From: Vicugna vicugna
Taxonomy: Eukaryota
Direction: 5' to 3'
DNA: 64,000 nt
NCBI GenBank assembly: GCA_013265495.1
Contig: MU058650.1
Coordinates: forward strand, 996,267 to 1,060,266
Both the position numbers and the translations under genes were made by a program. The notes beneath the pieces are model-generated. The model ran no database searches, was not told the origin of the DNA, and saw only the letters and a list, made by a program, of their open reading frames with translations. This document shows positions 1-11,116 of this stretch, in pieces (within the stretch, counting starts at the first letter, position 1; every line of letters starts with the position of its first letter).

Positions 1-55
1 AGGAGGAGGTGGAGGAGGAGGTGGAGGAGGAGGAGGAGGAGGAGGAGGAGGAGGA
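1..55 (+). repeat. (GGA)n microsatellite with two GGT interruptions, intronic in ELMOD1
   Basis: Direct read aggaggaggtggaggaggaggtggaggagg...gga; truncated by the window edge. Confidence 0.95.
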
Positions 56-185
56 TGTATTGGCAAATGTATTGGCAAATATTCAGCTTTGCAAAGGTCC
101 TCCTAGTCACGTACTTCACTAAATTTGAGGCATGAAGAGTGTTATGTGTGTATATCAGTAGGCTGATTTTTTTCCTTGTCTTCAG

Positions 186-319
186 TTGTGGAAGTTCCTG
201 AAGCCCAATACTCCACTGGAGTCCCGGATTTCTAAGCAGTGGTGTGAAATCGGTTTCCAAGGTGATGATCCTAAAACAGATTTTCGAGGAATGGGACTTT
301 TGGGACTGTACAATTTGCA
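186..319 (+). CDS. ELMOD1: ELMOD1 internal coding exon (LWKFLKPNTPLESRISKQWCEIGFQGDDPKTDFRGMGLLGLYNL+CA), ELMO domain of the ARF/ARL GAP family
   Basis: Acceptor ttttttccttgtcttcag|TTG and donor CA|gtaagt; 134 nt. Contains the W-x-x-x-GFQG-x-DP-x-TDFRGMG motif of ELMOD proteins and matches the recalled human ELMOD1 sequence. Confidence 0.97.
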
Positions 320-544
320 GTAAGTAAAATGAAGGATGGTTGAATTTTAAAGCGATGTTACGGTCTCCTCGTATTGAAATGGCAAAGTTGAGTCATTAGT
401 CCCAAAAGCAACTTCCCAGAAGACTCTAAGAAAACACTCAAGTCCTCTGACTTGAACTCAGGTTCATAAAATTTAAAAAGCTACTCCCATCTTCCTTTTA
501 TTTGGTAAACTTGATGGATTCTTTTAAGCAAATCTCAAATTTGT

Positions 545-1450
545 TTTTAATTTTTTATTATGAAAAACTTCAATTCTATACAAAAACAGAAGGAAGATTA
601 TGAAGAACCCCCTTTGTCCTGATCACTCAGATTCAGTAATTATTGAGGTTTTGAAATACTTGCAACATTCGTGGGTTTGTTTTTTTTTTGGTTGAAGTGT
701 GTGAGTGAAAATGCTACACTTTTTGTCATTTCACGCTCATATTTCAACATGCAGCTCTGAAAGACATGAATATTACTTTACATTAGCCCCAGTGCCATTA
801 TTACACCAAACAAAATGAACAATGATCTCTTGGTATCATCTGTATCCTGTTCGTATTCAAATTTCCCAGTTCTCTCAAAAGGTCTTTTTACAAGTGGTTT
901 GTTTTAATCCAGTTTCATATAAGACCTACACGTTGTATTTAGTGATTCTATCTCTCTGGTCTCTTTTAATTAGAGCAGGCTGTCCTCCTCTGTCCTCTCC
1001 TTTTGCCTCCTGTACCACGTCATTAACTCGTGCAAGATTCTGGGTCAACTGTCCCATAAAATGTCCCACAATCTGGAATTTGTCTGTTTGCATTTGTACC
1101 CGTCCCCAGTGTGTCCTGAAAGTCAGAGATACTCAGAAAGGCTTGAGTACGTTCATGTTGACATCACAGTGGGAGGCCCGCAGCATCCACGCTCTCAGTC
1201 CTGTGCTGAGGTGGATCAGAGGAATCATGGTCTGATGGCCCCGTTGTGAAGCCCCCCACCAGCCCTTTAACCATTTCCTCCCGTGGTCATCACTGAACCA
1301 ATTAATTGTAACAAAGACCGCTTTTCTAGCTCTGTTATTCTTCCCGTGGTTGGTGGCTGGAATTCCGTAAAGACAGTTTCCTTTATTATCTGTGGTTATT
1401 TGGTTTCTCTAAAATACAGGCAAGACAGCTGCTCAAGTAGATAAGGTGCC
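545..1450 (-). mobile_element. Ancient, highly diverged L1 (L1ME-like) 3' region, antisense
   Basis: Starts ttttttattatgaaaaacttcaa...atacaaaaacagaa, typical of reverse-oriented old L1 3'UTRs; boundaries approximate. Confidence 0.55.
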
Positions 1451-1816
1451 AATTTTCAGAGTGAGGAGTTGGCGCCCTAGTTCCCTTGTTAGTGATCCAA
1501 CTTTTTTCTTTTTAGGCTTTAACTCTATATTTTTTATTATCATTTTATTTCTCCTGGCTTTTGCATATTTATTATGATCCAACTAATTGTGCTCATAATT
1601 TTTTCGTGCTTAAATTAGGTCGTTTGTCGCCACTATTTTTCAAGCCAAAGGGAATCCTTTTAAGGTGGTTTTTGTGTCCTTTGACACAACCCTGTTAGTG
1701 TGGATGGTGATATATATTTTTTAAAAAATTTAACCTTAGTCATTTTAATGGCACCCATTTCCACCCTAGAGTTTCACTTTTATTTTAAATTTAGGAAGTT
1801 TAATAATCACCCATTC

Positions 1817-2025
1817 TTTTTTTTAAGATGTTAAACCTTTTATACAACTTTTAAAGGTTACATTCCATTTACAGTTATTATAAAAGGTTGGCTGTGTTCC
1901 CCGTGTTGCACAATACATCCTCATAGACTGTCTTACACCCAGCAGTTTGTACTTCCCACTCCCGCACACCTGTACTGCCCTTTCCACCCTCCCCAACTGG
2001 TAACCACTAGTTTGGTCTTTATATC
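1817..2025 (-). mobile_element. L1 3'UTR fragment, antisense
   Basis: T-tract then aaaggttacattccatttacagttatta...ggtaaccactagtttg; resembles the reverse complement of the L1 3' end at ~28340-28520. Confidence 0.7.
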
Positions 2026-3359
2026 AGAATAATCACCCACTTTTAAATAAAATGTTTTAAGTGCTACATTATCGTGCAATGTGAATGAATAAAAAAGTAA
2101 ATTGTGATGACAAAGGTGATGTTACAACTGAGTGGGTAAAGGATGAGCTTTTGAATAAATGGAACTAGGACAACTGGCCTTCCATTTGAAACGTGAAATG
2201 AAACCTCTGCCTCAACTCAGTTTACAAATTGAATGTCAAAAACCAATCTTTACAACTTCTAGGAGAAAATCTTTAAGATACATGAATAAGGAGGAATTTC
2301 TTAAAGATAAAAACAAAAAAAGCATAAAATGTAGAAGAAAAATAAATAAATCTCATGCATTGAAATTGAAATATTCTGTAGGATAAGCCATGATAAATAA
2401 AATGAATAGAAAGCCAATATTGACATTAATAATGATAAAGGATCCATATCCATTATATTATTCTCTTTCGGCTTATTTGTCTTATTTATTTGAGGACATT
2501 TTTTAGATATCCTAGACCAAGAAATATGAACAGACAAGATATTAAAAAAGAAGCCTAGATGGCTGACAAACGTGTAAAGAGACTCAATTTTATTAATAAT
2601 CATGGACACACACGCTAAATTTGCTGACTAGTTTTGAAACTTTCCGAGAGAAAATTTAAGAGCGTATTTTATCCTTTAGATATATGCAGGAAATATACAC
2701 ACATCAAATTAAATAGTGTATGATATAGTCTTATTTTATAATTGTCTTTGTGAAGCACTTTTTATGATGTATTTTGAGGGTGTGTAAGGTTTTATGTTTG
2801 TTAGGAAACTTCATTGCCCACGTCTTTCCGGAACAGACTTTTATTTTTAACGTCTCTAAGCTCCATAAGATATTTTCATCCAGGATTCTACCACCCCATG
2901 AATATTCTCCAAGAAAATATATTTGAAATGCAGCCTCTATCACCTCCCCTAGTGTCATCCTTTCTCTGCCCTTTGGCTGTCACGGCCTCTCACCATGTCC
3001 CCTTAGCCAGGCCTTTTCTGCCTTCTGATAGACCTCCTCCTGCCTTCCTAATGAGAATCTATAACCCTTCTTAATAAGAATACCTTTGGCTTTCTGGAGA
3101 GTGGCAAAATTCATAGTTAAATTTTTCAGATCTACTGGAATTATTCCTAAATCTATGTAGGGTATACAGCTACCCTCTGATACTGTCATTATAGTGGGAA
3201 AATTCTATCATGAAAAGCTGCTCATTCTCTGGGGGAGCTGAACCGAGTGCTGTGTACTTACCCGACGTCCTTCTCTGAGTCCAGAATGGCCTCAGATTGG
3301 ATTGAAGTGATGTAATTCAGCAGGTGTGGAATTGCGATCTTCTTTCCCTCCCACTGCAG

Positions 3360-3428
3360 GTATTTTGCGGAACGGGATCCTGCAGCAGCGCAGCAGGTCC
3401 TCTCTGATTCTCTTCATCCGAAATGCAG
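3360..3428 (+). CDS. ELMOD1: ELMOD1 coding exon (Q)YFAERDPAAAQQVLSDSLHPKC+AG
   Basis: Acceptor cttctttccctcccactgcag|G and donor AG|gtaatt; 69 nt, phase 2-2, in frame with the previous exon. Confidence 0.96.
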
Positions 3429-3941
3429 GTAATTGTTGAAATAAAAGGTGGATTAGGCTCTGTGGATTAGGTCGAGTTAGCTCCATCTCCTGTATCGCTC
3501 TGTTGGTGAGATTCCCAGGAGAGTCAGCCCACCAGAAGCGAGGCTTAAAGCTCTTTCGAACAAGCCCCTTTTGGCAAATGCTGGATAGGAAGGTTAGAAT
3601 GTCAGGTTCTTGTTACAGAATTCAGGATGTAAAATGGCGCCATTCAAGTGAGATACGTATTTGAAGGGACTGATAAAATCCCTGGTGTCTAGGAAGATGA
3701 GGAGGTGAGCACAGAAGGAGGATAAAGTAGAGTCTGGAAGAAAGAGCTCAGAGACAGGGGGCCGTGATGGGGGAACAGAGGAAAGGATGGAAGCCATGCA
3801 GTCAGGCAGCCACCGAGAAAGTCTGAAATTGCTGAGGCTCTTGTTTTTTTTTTTTTTTTTCCTTAATTAAATTGCAGATTCTCAATTGTTCGCATTTTCA
3901 TTTACCTTTCGAAATTTTTGTCTTTAACTGATTACGTGAAG

Positions 3942-3965
3942 GGATATCACTAAAGAGGAAATAAG
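3942..3965 (+). CDS. ELMOD1: ELMOD1 24-nt microexon (R)DITKEEI+AG, frame-preserving
   Basis: attacgtgaag|GGATATCACTAAAGAGGAAATAAG|gtattt. Encodes the DITKEEI segment of the long ELMOD1 isoform as recalled. Confidence 0.92.
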
Positions 3966-5249
3966 GTATTTTTCTTTGCTTTTGTGTTTTCCTGTGTTTA
4001 TTTTAGAATAAGCATGGGTAAGAATTTTTAAAGAAATATAAATTCATGAAACTTTTTCAAAAAGGTAGACATTTCCCAACTTTTTATGTAACATAGTTCA
4101 TTACATTTGGGCTGTTTTTGGTGAAGGAAAAAGCATATTAGACAGACCTGATGGAAAATGTCTAAGAGCTTTTCTGCAGCCATGGCTTTATCTCATTGCA
4201 GAAACATTTTGAACACTTCACCTAAAGGCTCACCACGTTACCACACGTACTCTGATCCCATCTACTCCAAGAGAGGGACATTTTATTGGGGAATTTTGTT
4301 GCACAGAGCAAATTCGCTCTTCTATTAACGTAGTTCTAACTGCATTATTAGACAAAGTAATTATTGTATATACATGCTTTAATCCTGTTATTATAAGGAG
4401 TTCTTCTATTTTGCACCCATAGTTTTGTATTACTTTTTTCTCCTCAGCATGGCAGATTCCTTGTTAGTGTTCCTGTTGGCTAAATAAGTCCAACATCTTA
4501 TCATACCATTCTCAAAATTTACAAACAAGTTGACCTTACTATTATATTCATTCTAGCTTCAGTTGGCTGAGATTCATTAAACTATACTCTTCTTCCCAAA
4601 TTTATAATTATAATTTTTATAATGTTAAGTTTTCATTTTCTTTACCTTTACTTTGAGAAAAACACTAAAATCACTTACCTCTTTCTTCATATATTACATG
4701 GTTAAAATTGAGCTATTTCCGTTTTGAATGACATTTTCAGAATTGCATGCTTCTGTGATATAAAGACTCTGACCTCTCTCTAATTAGAATTGGCTGAGGA
4801 GTCTGTACGCACTGTCAGGTGGCATTTCTTGAAGGAGCATAAGCCAGAAGACATGAATCCTCCATGGTCCTCAAGAAGTGACAATTGGCTTAAAATATTT
4901 TTTGATTAGCCATTGGAGGGAGATTAACTTTGTCTATGAGCCGTTCTGAAAGAAAGGCTTTTAGTTTTATATCCTCTGTTGACCATCAGAGAGGAGACCC
5001 TTGAGGGTTTGTGTGATTACTCTTATTTAAGAAGAGTCTAGCATTTGTGTGTGTGTATTTGTGTGTGTGTGTGTGTGCAAGGATGCACTTTGTCCCTCAA
5101 GGTACCATAAAATTGACTAGATGAAGTTTACGTATTAATCATTTCATATTGATGGTAAATGTGACTGAAGACAAGTCAGAATGTGTTGAAAATGCTACTG
5201 TCCTTCACCAATGTCTGAAAGAAATATATATTTTTTAAATTAATTTTTT

Positions 5250-5326
5250 AATAGACTTAATTTTTTTGGAGCAGCTTCAGGTTCACAGCAGAATTGAGCA
5301 GAAAATACAGAGTTGGCACATAGCCC
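5250..5326 (-). mobile_element. Short L1MC-like 3'-end fragment, antisense
   Basis: Closely matches 27187-27265 and the reverse complement of 11033-11111. Confidence 0.8.
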
Positions 5327-6489
5327 AATGGATACTGACCCACTGTGATATCAGCATAAGTTCTGTTCATCCCTGAATATTTCAAGTGTTAGACAGGGAA
5401 AAGCCACGCACACTAAGGAAAGTTCTTTCCTGTCTGCTCTTCAGCAAACATTTTACATTATTGCTCTCGTGAAGACCCATCTATTGAATTTTGAAGTAAC
5501 TTGAGGGATAAAAGTAGATTCAAGTTTAAGAGGAGAATTTTGATGGTTCATTTTGTTTGTTTGTTTGTTGTGTGTGTGTATTTCCTGAAGAGAGGAATTC
5601 CTTCTGTTTGGATCAGGTTATCCTATAAGTAATCAAATGAGTAGAGGTCATTTGGCCTTTTTGTAGATTTCCTATGCAGAGAGAGATTTAATTTAACAAA
5701 TACAGAGACGCTATGTATTTATAAAACTTTGTCGAAGAGAAAATAAGTGCTTATAAATTTGGTTATATAAAATTTCTTAGATTTCACACCCAACTCATTT
5801 TCATTTGGGTATTATTCTTTTAAGGTGAAAAATCTGATGCCTCTGTGGCTGGCTGGTTGGTGTGTTAATTGGTAGTCACACTTGAAAAAGAAGTGGTTTA
5901 TTTTAACATGAATTAAGGGCAGTTACTTTGAATTAAAGCCAGTAGAAAGTATATATAAATCCAGGTTTTGTGTCATGTTTTTGTGGGCTGTGCTGTGTGT
6001 GTTACATGTGTGTCTTTTAATGTAGTGTTTGCAGTGTTCTATAGAGCATTCCCCTTTCTCCTGCCTAGGTGGAAAGCTAAGTGTTCATAATAACTTTAGC
6101 TTTAAAATTTTATTTAGTTCAAAGGCTAACCACATTTTTCAGTGTAGATCACCAAAGGAAGGGCACATTGGCCACAATGAAGAGGGATCATGATTCCTGT
6201 CTATAGACGCTGGCAGTGTGGAAGCGGGTGAGATTAGGGGAGTGAGAAAGGACACAAAGTAATAGAATGCCAGTCAGCATTTTCACAATGCTTTTATTAT
6301 AGAATTCTTTCTTCAAACAGTCTCATTCAGAAGCTCAAATTATAAAAAGGGATTAAAATGGAACTGCTGTGGTTTAGCTGTCTTGCTTAGCCACAGGAAA
6401 TGCCATAGCTCTTGTTGGAACAGAATTTTTAGAACCTGTGTGTTCTTCCCTCCCTCCCTCCCTTCTTTCCTTCTTTCTTTTTGTCACTG

Positions 6490-6680
6490 ACTCAATTATT
6501 TATTTATCAGTAAACATTTATTTGGCATCTGCTGTGTGCCAGACATTACAAGTAAGGCTGGGTGGGATAAATGCCATAAAACCAAACAAAATGCAGTGGG
6601 GCGTCATGATAGGGTGAGGGAGCATCTTGTTAGAGGAGAGAGAGACACCAGGCAAGGTTTCTTGGATGAAGTATTGTTTG
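6490..6680 (-). mobile_element. L2 3'-end fragment, antisense
   Basis: cagtaaacatttatttggcatctgctgtgtgccagac is the characteristic L2 tail in reverse. Confidence 0.6.
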
Positions 6681-6962
6681 ATAATGACTGGATAATATGA
6701 AAGAGTGTCTCAATGTTGGGCCTTTAGGTCTGTCAATCACTGCTGCACTAAAGTAAATGGGGATACTCTGAGCCCCACGTAAGTTATATTGCGGCTATTT
6801 AATTAATGACATTTAAATTGATTAGTGTTTGATAAGTGAGTTACAGATATCCCCGCCTCTAGTCAACAGTTTTAACAAAAACGTTAAAGGAGAACAAGCA
6901 CCAATTAGAGACCGGATCTTATTTATTCATGTATTCATTCGTTCATTTATTCATTTATTCAG

Positions 6963-7013
6963 CAAATTCAGCAAAGCAGAATGGGAGAAGAAAAGGATGG
7001 AGAAAGCAATTGG
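6963..7013 (+). CDS. ELMOD1: ELMOD1 51-nt exon (S)KFSKAEWEKKRMEKAI+GG
   Basis: tcatttattcag|C...ATTGG|gtgagt; phase 2-2; visible at the end of ORF 6829..7017. Confidence 0.95.
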
Positions 7014-8136
7014 GTGAGTGTGGATTTCATATATAAAGGTTGTCAGTCTGAGCCAGAACCAGAATAAAAATGCCCAAGAGCGCTGTAAAGATGACAGGGG
7101 TGAAAATCCACTTGTCCTGATGGAACTCTATAACCCTGCTGAATTTTGAAAAGGACCTGTTTATATGTTTTTGATCTATCTGGATGATGATATGATACTA
7201 CTTTCCTGTGACCAAGTGATGCGGTTTGGAAAGTTATAACTGTGGAAATGATTTTCAAAATCATAATTTGGAATTTTATTTGCTAGTTTTCCCTCAAGGA
7301 TTTCTGTCAAGGATCAGGCTACTAGATAAAAATTTACCTTAGAAGTGTTTTTTTTTTAATATTGCCCCAATTCATCCAAAAATATTTCTGCCAACAAAGA
7401 ACTTTTTTTTTTAATGTGTTGGATTTATATTAGCAGAGAGGACTTAAAAACTCAATTTCACTTAATTTTGGACAGATATGCAGAAAATGGACTAGAAAAT
7501 ATACCCTGAGTATTAAGACACTAAACTTTTCCTCATTTTAAAAGTAATTTATGATTATTTATAGAAAATTTCAAAAATATAGGACAGTGAACCAAAAAAA
7601 TCAGCCTGATCTTATTACTCTAACATACTCATATCAATATTTTGTGGAATTTCTATGCACATTTGTGTGTGTGTAATAAAACTTGGCTTGTTCTGTACAT
7701 AATGTTAATATCCTGCTTAAATAGCCTTTAGGAATACAGTTTTTATTAGCTGTAATCTGTTATACGAGATTACCATAATTTACTTCCCCACTCACCTTCT
7801 TTAGGATATAGGAATAGCTTACATGTCTTCTTTGCCTTATAAATAATGCTGAAATGACTATCCTTGCATTAAAGCTTTGTCATTTTCTGATTTTTTTTCC
7901 TCTCGTATATTTGGGGATAGAATTACCAAGTCAAAGCATATGAACTCTCCATTCTTTTGGTATAAGTATTGAAATTTTCTGATAATTTGTAAGATTCAGG
8001 GTATTGACGAGGTGGGGAGAGAAGGGGAATCTGCGACTCTGATAATTTAATAGTAATTTAAAACTCAAATGATCACTTTTTAAAATGTTTACTTACCATA
8101 TGTGACACCCAGTTGGTGTTGTTTCGCACTTCACAG

Positions 8137-8270
8137 GTACTCATTTGCAATTGTGGGCATCAATATAACTGACCTGGCGTATAACCTACTGGTGAGCGGA
8201 GCTCTGAAAACTCATTTCTACAACATCGCCCCAGAAGCTCCAACATTGTCTCACTTCCAGCAGACGTTCT
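8137..8270 (+). CDS. ELMOD1: ELMOD1 penultimate exon (G)YSFAIVGINITDLAYNLLVSGALKTHFYNIAPEAPTLSHFQQTF+T
   Basis: cgcacttcacag|G...TTCT|gtgagt; 134 nt; carries the YSFAIVGINIT ELMO-domain motif. Confidence 0.97.
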
Positions 8271-8534
8271 GTGAGTGTCCTGTTGTTTACCTGTTGACTC
8301 GGGTTTCTGTAGAACACTCTAGGCGGGGGTTGAAGCCGAGGGATCTTTGTGGCTTGGCTGTTTTGGGGCGTTTGAACTTCTTTCTTTGGTTTGGATTTTG
8401 TTTTCTTGTTCAAAACCTACACATGTTCAGGCATCATGAATCTTTTCTCATTCCCAGATCTTGCCTAATATTCAGTGTATCAAATCTCAGTCTGACTTTT
8501 AAAGGCATCACGAGTTGTTTTTCTCCCTCTGGTC

Positions 8535-8730
8535 CAGCATGGCACAGCCCTTAAGAGTGTAGGCTCTGAGGACAGCTGGAGTGACTCTCAGATCTCTTTT
8601 ACTAACCTCTCTAAGCCTCAGTTACCTCATCTATAAAATGAGTCCTTTCCTCATAGAGTTGCTATGGAGGTAACATGAGAGGAAGATTAAAAAGAAGCTT
8701 TACTAGCCAGCCCCGTAGCTGGTGCTCAGT
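8535..8730 (+). mobile_element. MIR SINE
   Basis: Core aacctctctaagcctcagttacctcatctataaaatg. Confidence 0.8.
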
Positions 8731-10199
8731 GAGCATTAGGAAGAGGAGGCAGTGGAGTAGTGGGCGGTGGGGATGGTGTCAGAGTGGCATCGCGATTACT
8801 TGCCACAGAGGATAGTATCTGTCGCCCCTGTAAGTGTGGGTGCTGGTAGCGGGAAGTGTTGTTGACCCTGAACTGGAGCCTCATGTTGTTCTTCCCTGAA
8901 GGGCATCCTTTGGGGTTGCACTTGCACTGAGGTCTTAGAAGATAAAGTCCGAGACCATTTAGTGGAGCCCTGGATCCTAGAATGTAGCTGAGTGGCCTTA
9001 CGATCCCTGCAGGCCAGACACAGTCTGGTTTGGAGGAACGTAGGAAGACAGTCCACCAAGTCATCAATCGACCTGAGCAATTTGAAAGAGAAATGTCTTT
9101 GAAACCATTGAAACCATGCTTACTACACTGAGGGCCTCATGCCTAAGCTTTCTTAGGAAAAAATTCAAAGTTCTTCTCCTTAGGTTTCTCTCAGCTTTTT
9201 TTCTCCTGTTAAGTTGCAAAAGAGGTCTGCCACTGGCTCTAAGTATGGTTAATTCATGTTATTTCACCCCCAAATCTACCCCCAGGAGAGTATGGTTCCC
9301 CAGTTCATTTTTAAAATGTGGCAAAGTCACAAGTTAACAGCAATTTATTTTACCGAAATTCCTAAATTAATAGTGATTATATCATCTAAGATTCTGTCTT
9401 CTTTGATATCTACTTACTAGGACTTCCAGTTAAAGACAACGTAACTAATGTATGCATTATGCTCCCTTCTGAAACTTCACTAAAGTTAACATAAAGAGAT
9501 TTTTCTAAGAAAGCGTAGATGCACAAGAATAGGAGAAATCAGAAACAAGGCAAGAAAACCTCATTTTGAAAGCTGGAAGGTAGAGTAAGCGCTGAAGGAT
9601 TTAGTGGTCTTGAGTGGGCAAATCCCAAATGGGGTGTGGAAAGGTGAGGAGCAAGCTGATTTATTCCACAGGGCTCCCCAAAAGCTTCAGGAACTGGCAG
9701 CATTAGGTATCTCAGAAAATGAAGATTAAGGTAAGACCAAAAATAGCAAGAGTGCATGAAAGCACATGAAGAAGCTCTGAGAGGCCTGAATCCTCTTCCC
9801 CAGGAGACAGCGTCTGTCCTTCCCCCTTCTCAGCAGAGGCTGGTGTATCTTTCCAGAGAAAGAAAAATAAAGAGTCTCTGGTCTGGTGAGAATCAGGTAC
9901 AGATGGTGGCGAATCATCCTGAAAGTGGTGATGAAGACTGAGGCCCAGGCTCCTTCTCCTCCCCAGTTCCTGTCACTTTGGCAGCCAGTCAAGAGATTGG
10001 CAGAGCCTTCTCTGAAATCTGAACATCCCAAGAGAAAATAGCTAAAGATTCTACCCTCTGGGTTTCCCCAGTGAAATGGCCCAGGCATGTCTCTCTACAG
10101 TCCTGCTCACAGTCAACAGACCTGTCCTATGTGCTCAGACCTTCCAATCATCTTTTAATCCAGTTGGCTTTTTATTTAGTAAAAAATAGTTACAGCCAG

Positions 10200-10770
10200 C
10201 CAGGGATTATCGGATGTTTGTGATGGTTAAAAACATGCCCTCAGATTCCTTGACACTCTTCCCGCTGAGTGGTAGGACTTCTTTGTTTCTTTCACACCTT
10301 GAATCTGGGCTGACCAGTTGGCTGACCAATACAGTAAGCAGATTTTGACACTCTGTGACTTCCAGGGCTACGTTAGGGAAGGTTTTTATCTGGTGACCAG
10401 AGACTGAGCTGCCTTTGGAGGCACAAGCCACTGTGAAAGGGATCTAATTCCTCTATGCTGTGAGGAAGTCCAGGACATACAGAACAGCCGCATGCAGGTA
10501 ATCTGACTGACAGCCCCGGATGAGGCCCCACCTGGTAGTCAGCATCCACCACCAGACGTGTGAGTGAACTTGCCTCCACGTGATTCCTGCCGCCAGCTGT
10601 CAAGTCACCCCCGCAGCCTTCAGGTCTTGCCAGTTGAGACTGCAGGCATTGTGGATCCATCCCTGCTATATCCTTTCTGAATTCCTAACCCACCGAATTC
10701 ATGAGTGTATTAAAATGGTTGTTTTAAGCCACTGGATTTTGGAATAGTTTCTTAAGCACCACTAGATAAC
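10200..10770 (+). mobile_element. MaLR (MLT1-type) LTR
   Basis: 3' end aaaatggttgttttaagccactggattttggaatagtttc...actagataaca is typical of MLT1. Confidence 0.7.
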
Positions 10771-10785
10771 AAGAAAACAAAGGAA

Positions 10786-11116
10786 GATGAATAAATGGAG
10801 CACAAGGAATTTTTAGGGCAATGAAATTATTCTGTATGATGTTATAGTGGTGGCTGCATGTCATGATGCGTTTGTCAAAACCCATAAAAAGTGCAGCATC
10901 AAGACTGAACCCGAATGTAAACTGTGGACTTTGGCTGATAATAATGTGCCCGTGTTGCTTCATCAGTTATACCAAATATGCCGCACTGATGAGGGATGTT
11001 GAGGGTAGCGGAGTATATATGTGTGGGTGGAGAGGGCTATGTGTAAACTCTGTATTTTCTGCTCAGTTCTGCTATAAACCTGAAACTGCCCTAAAAAAAT
11101 AAAGTCCATTAAAAGA
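10786..11116 (+). mobile_element. L1MC-like 3'-end insertion with 15-bp TSD (one mismatch)
   Basis: TSD aagaaaacaaaggaa (10771-10785) / aagaaaataaaggaa (11117-11131); ends aaaaataaagtccattaaaa. Confidence 0.8.

Noticed and set aside
8102..8554. 150-aa ORF as a standalone gene
   Set aside because: Only 8137-8270 is exon; the rest is intron read-through beyond clear splice sites.
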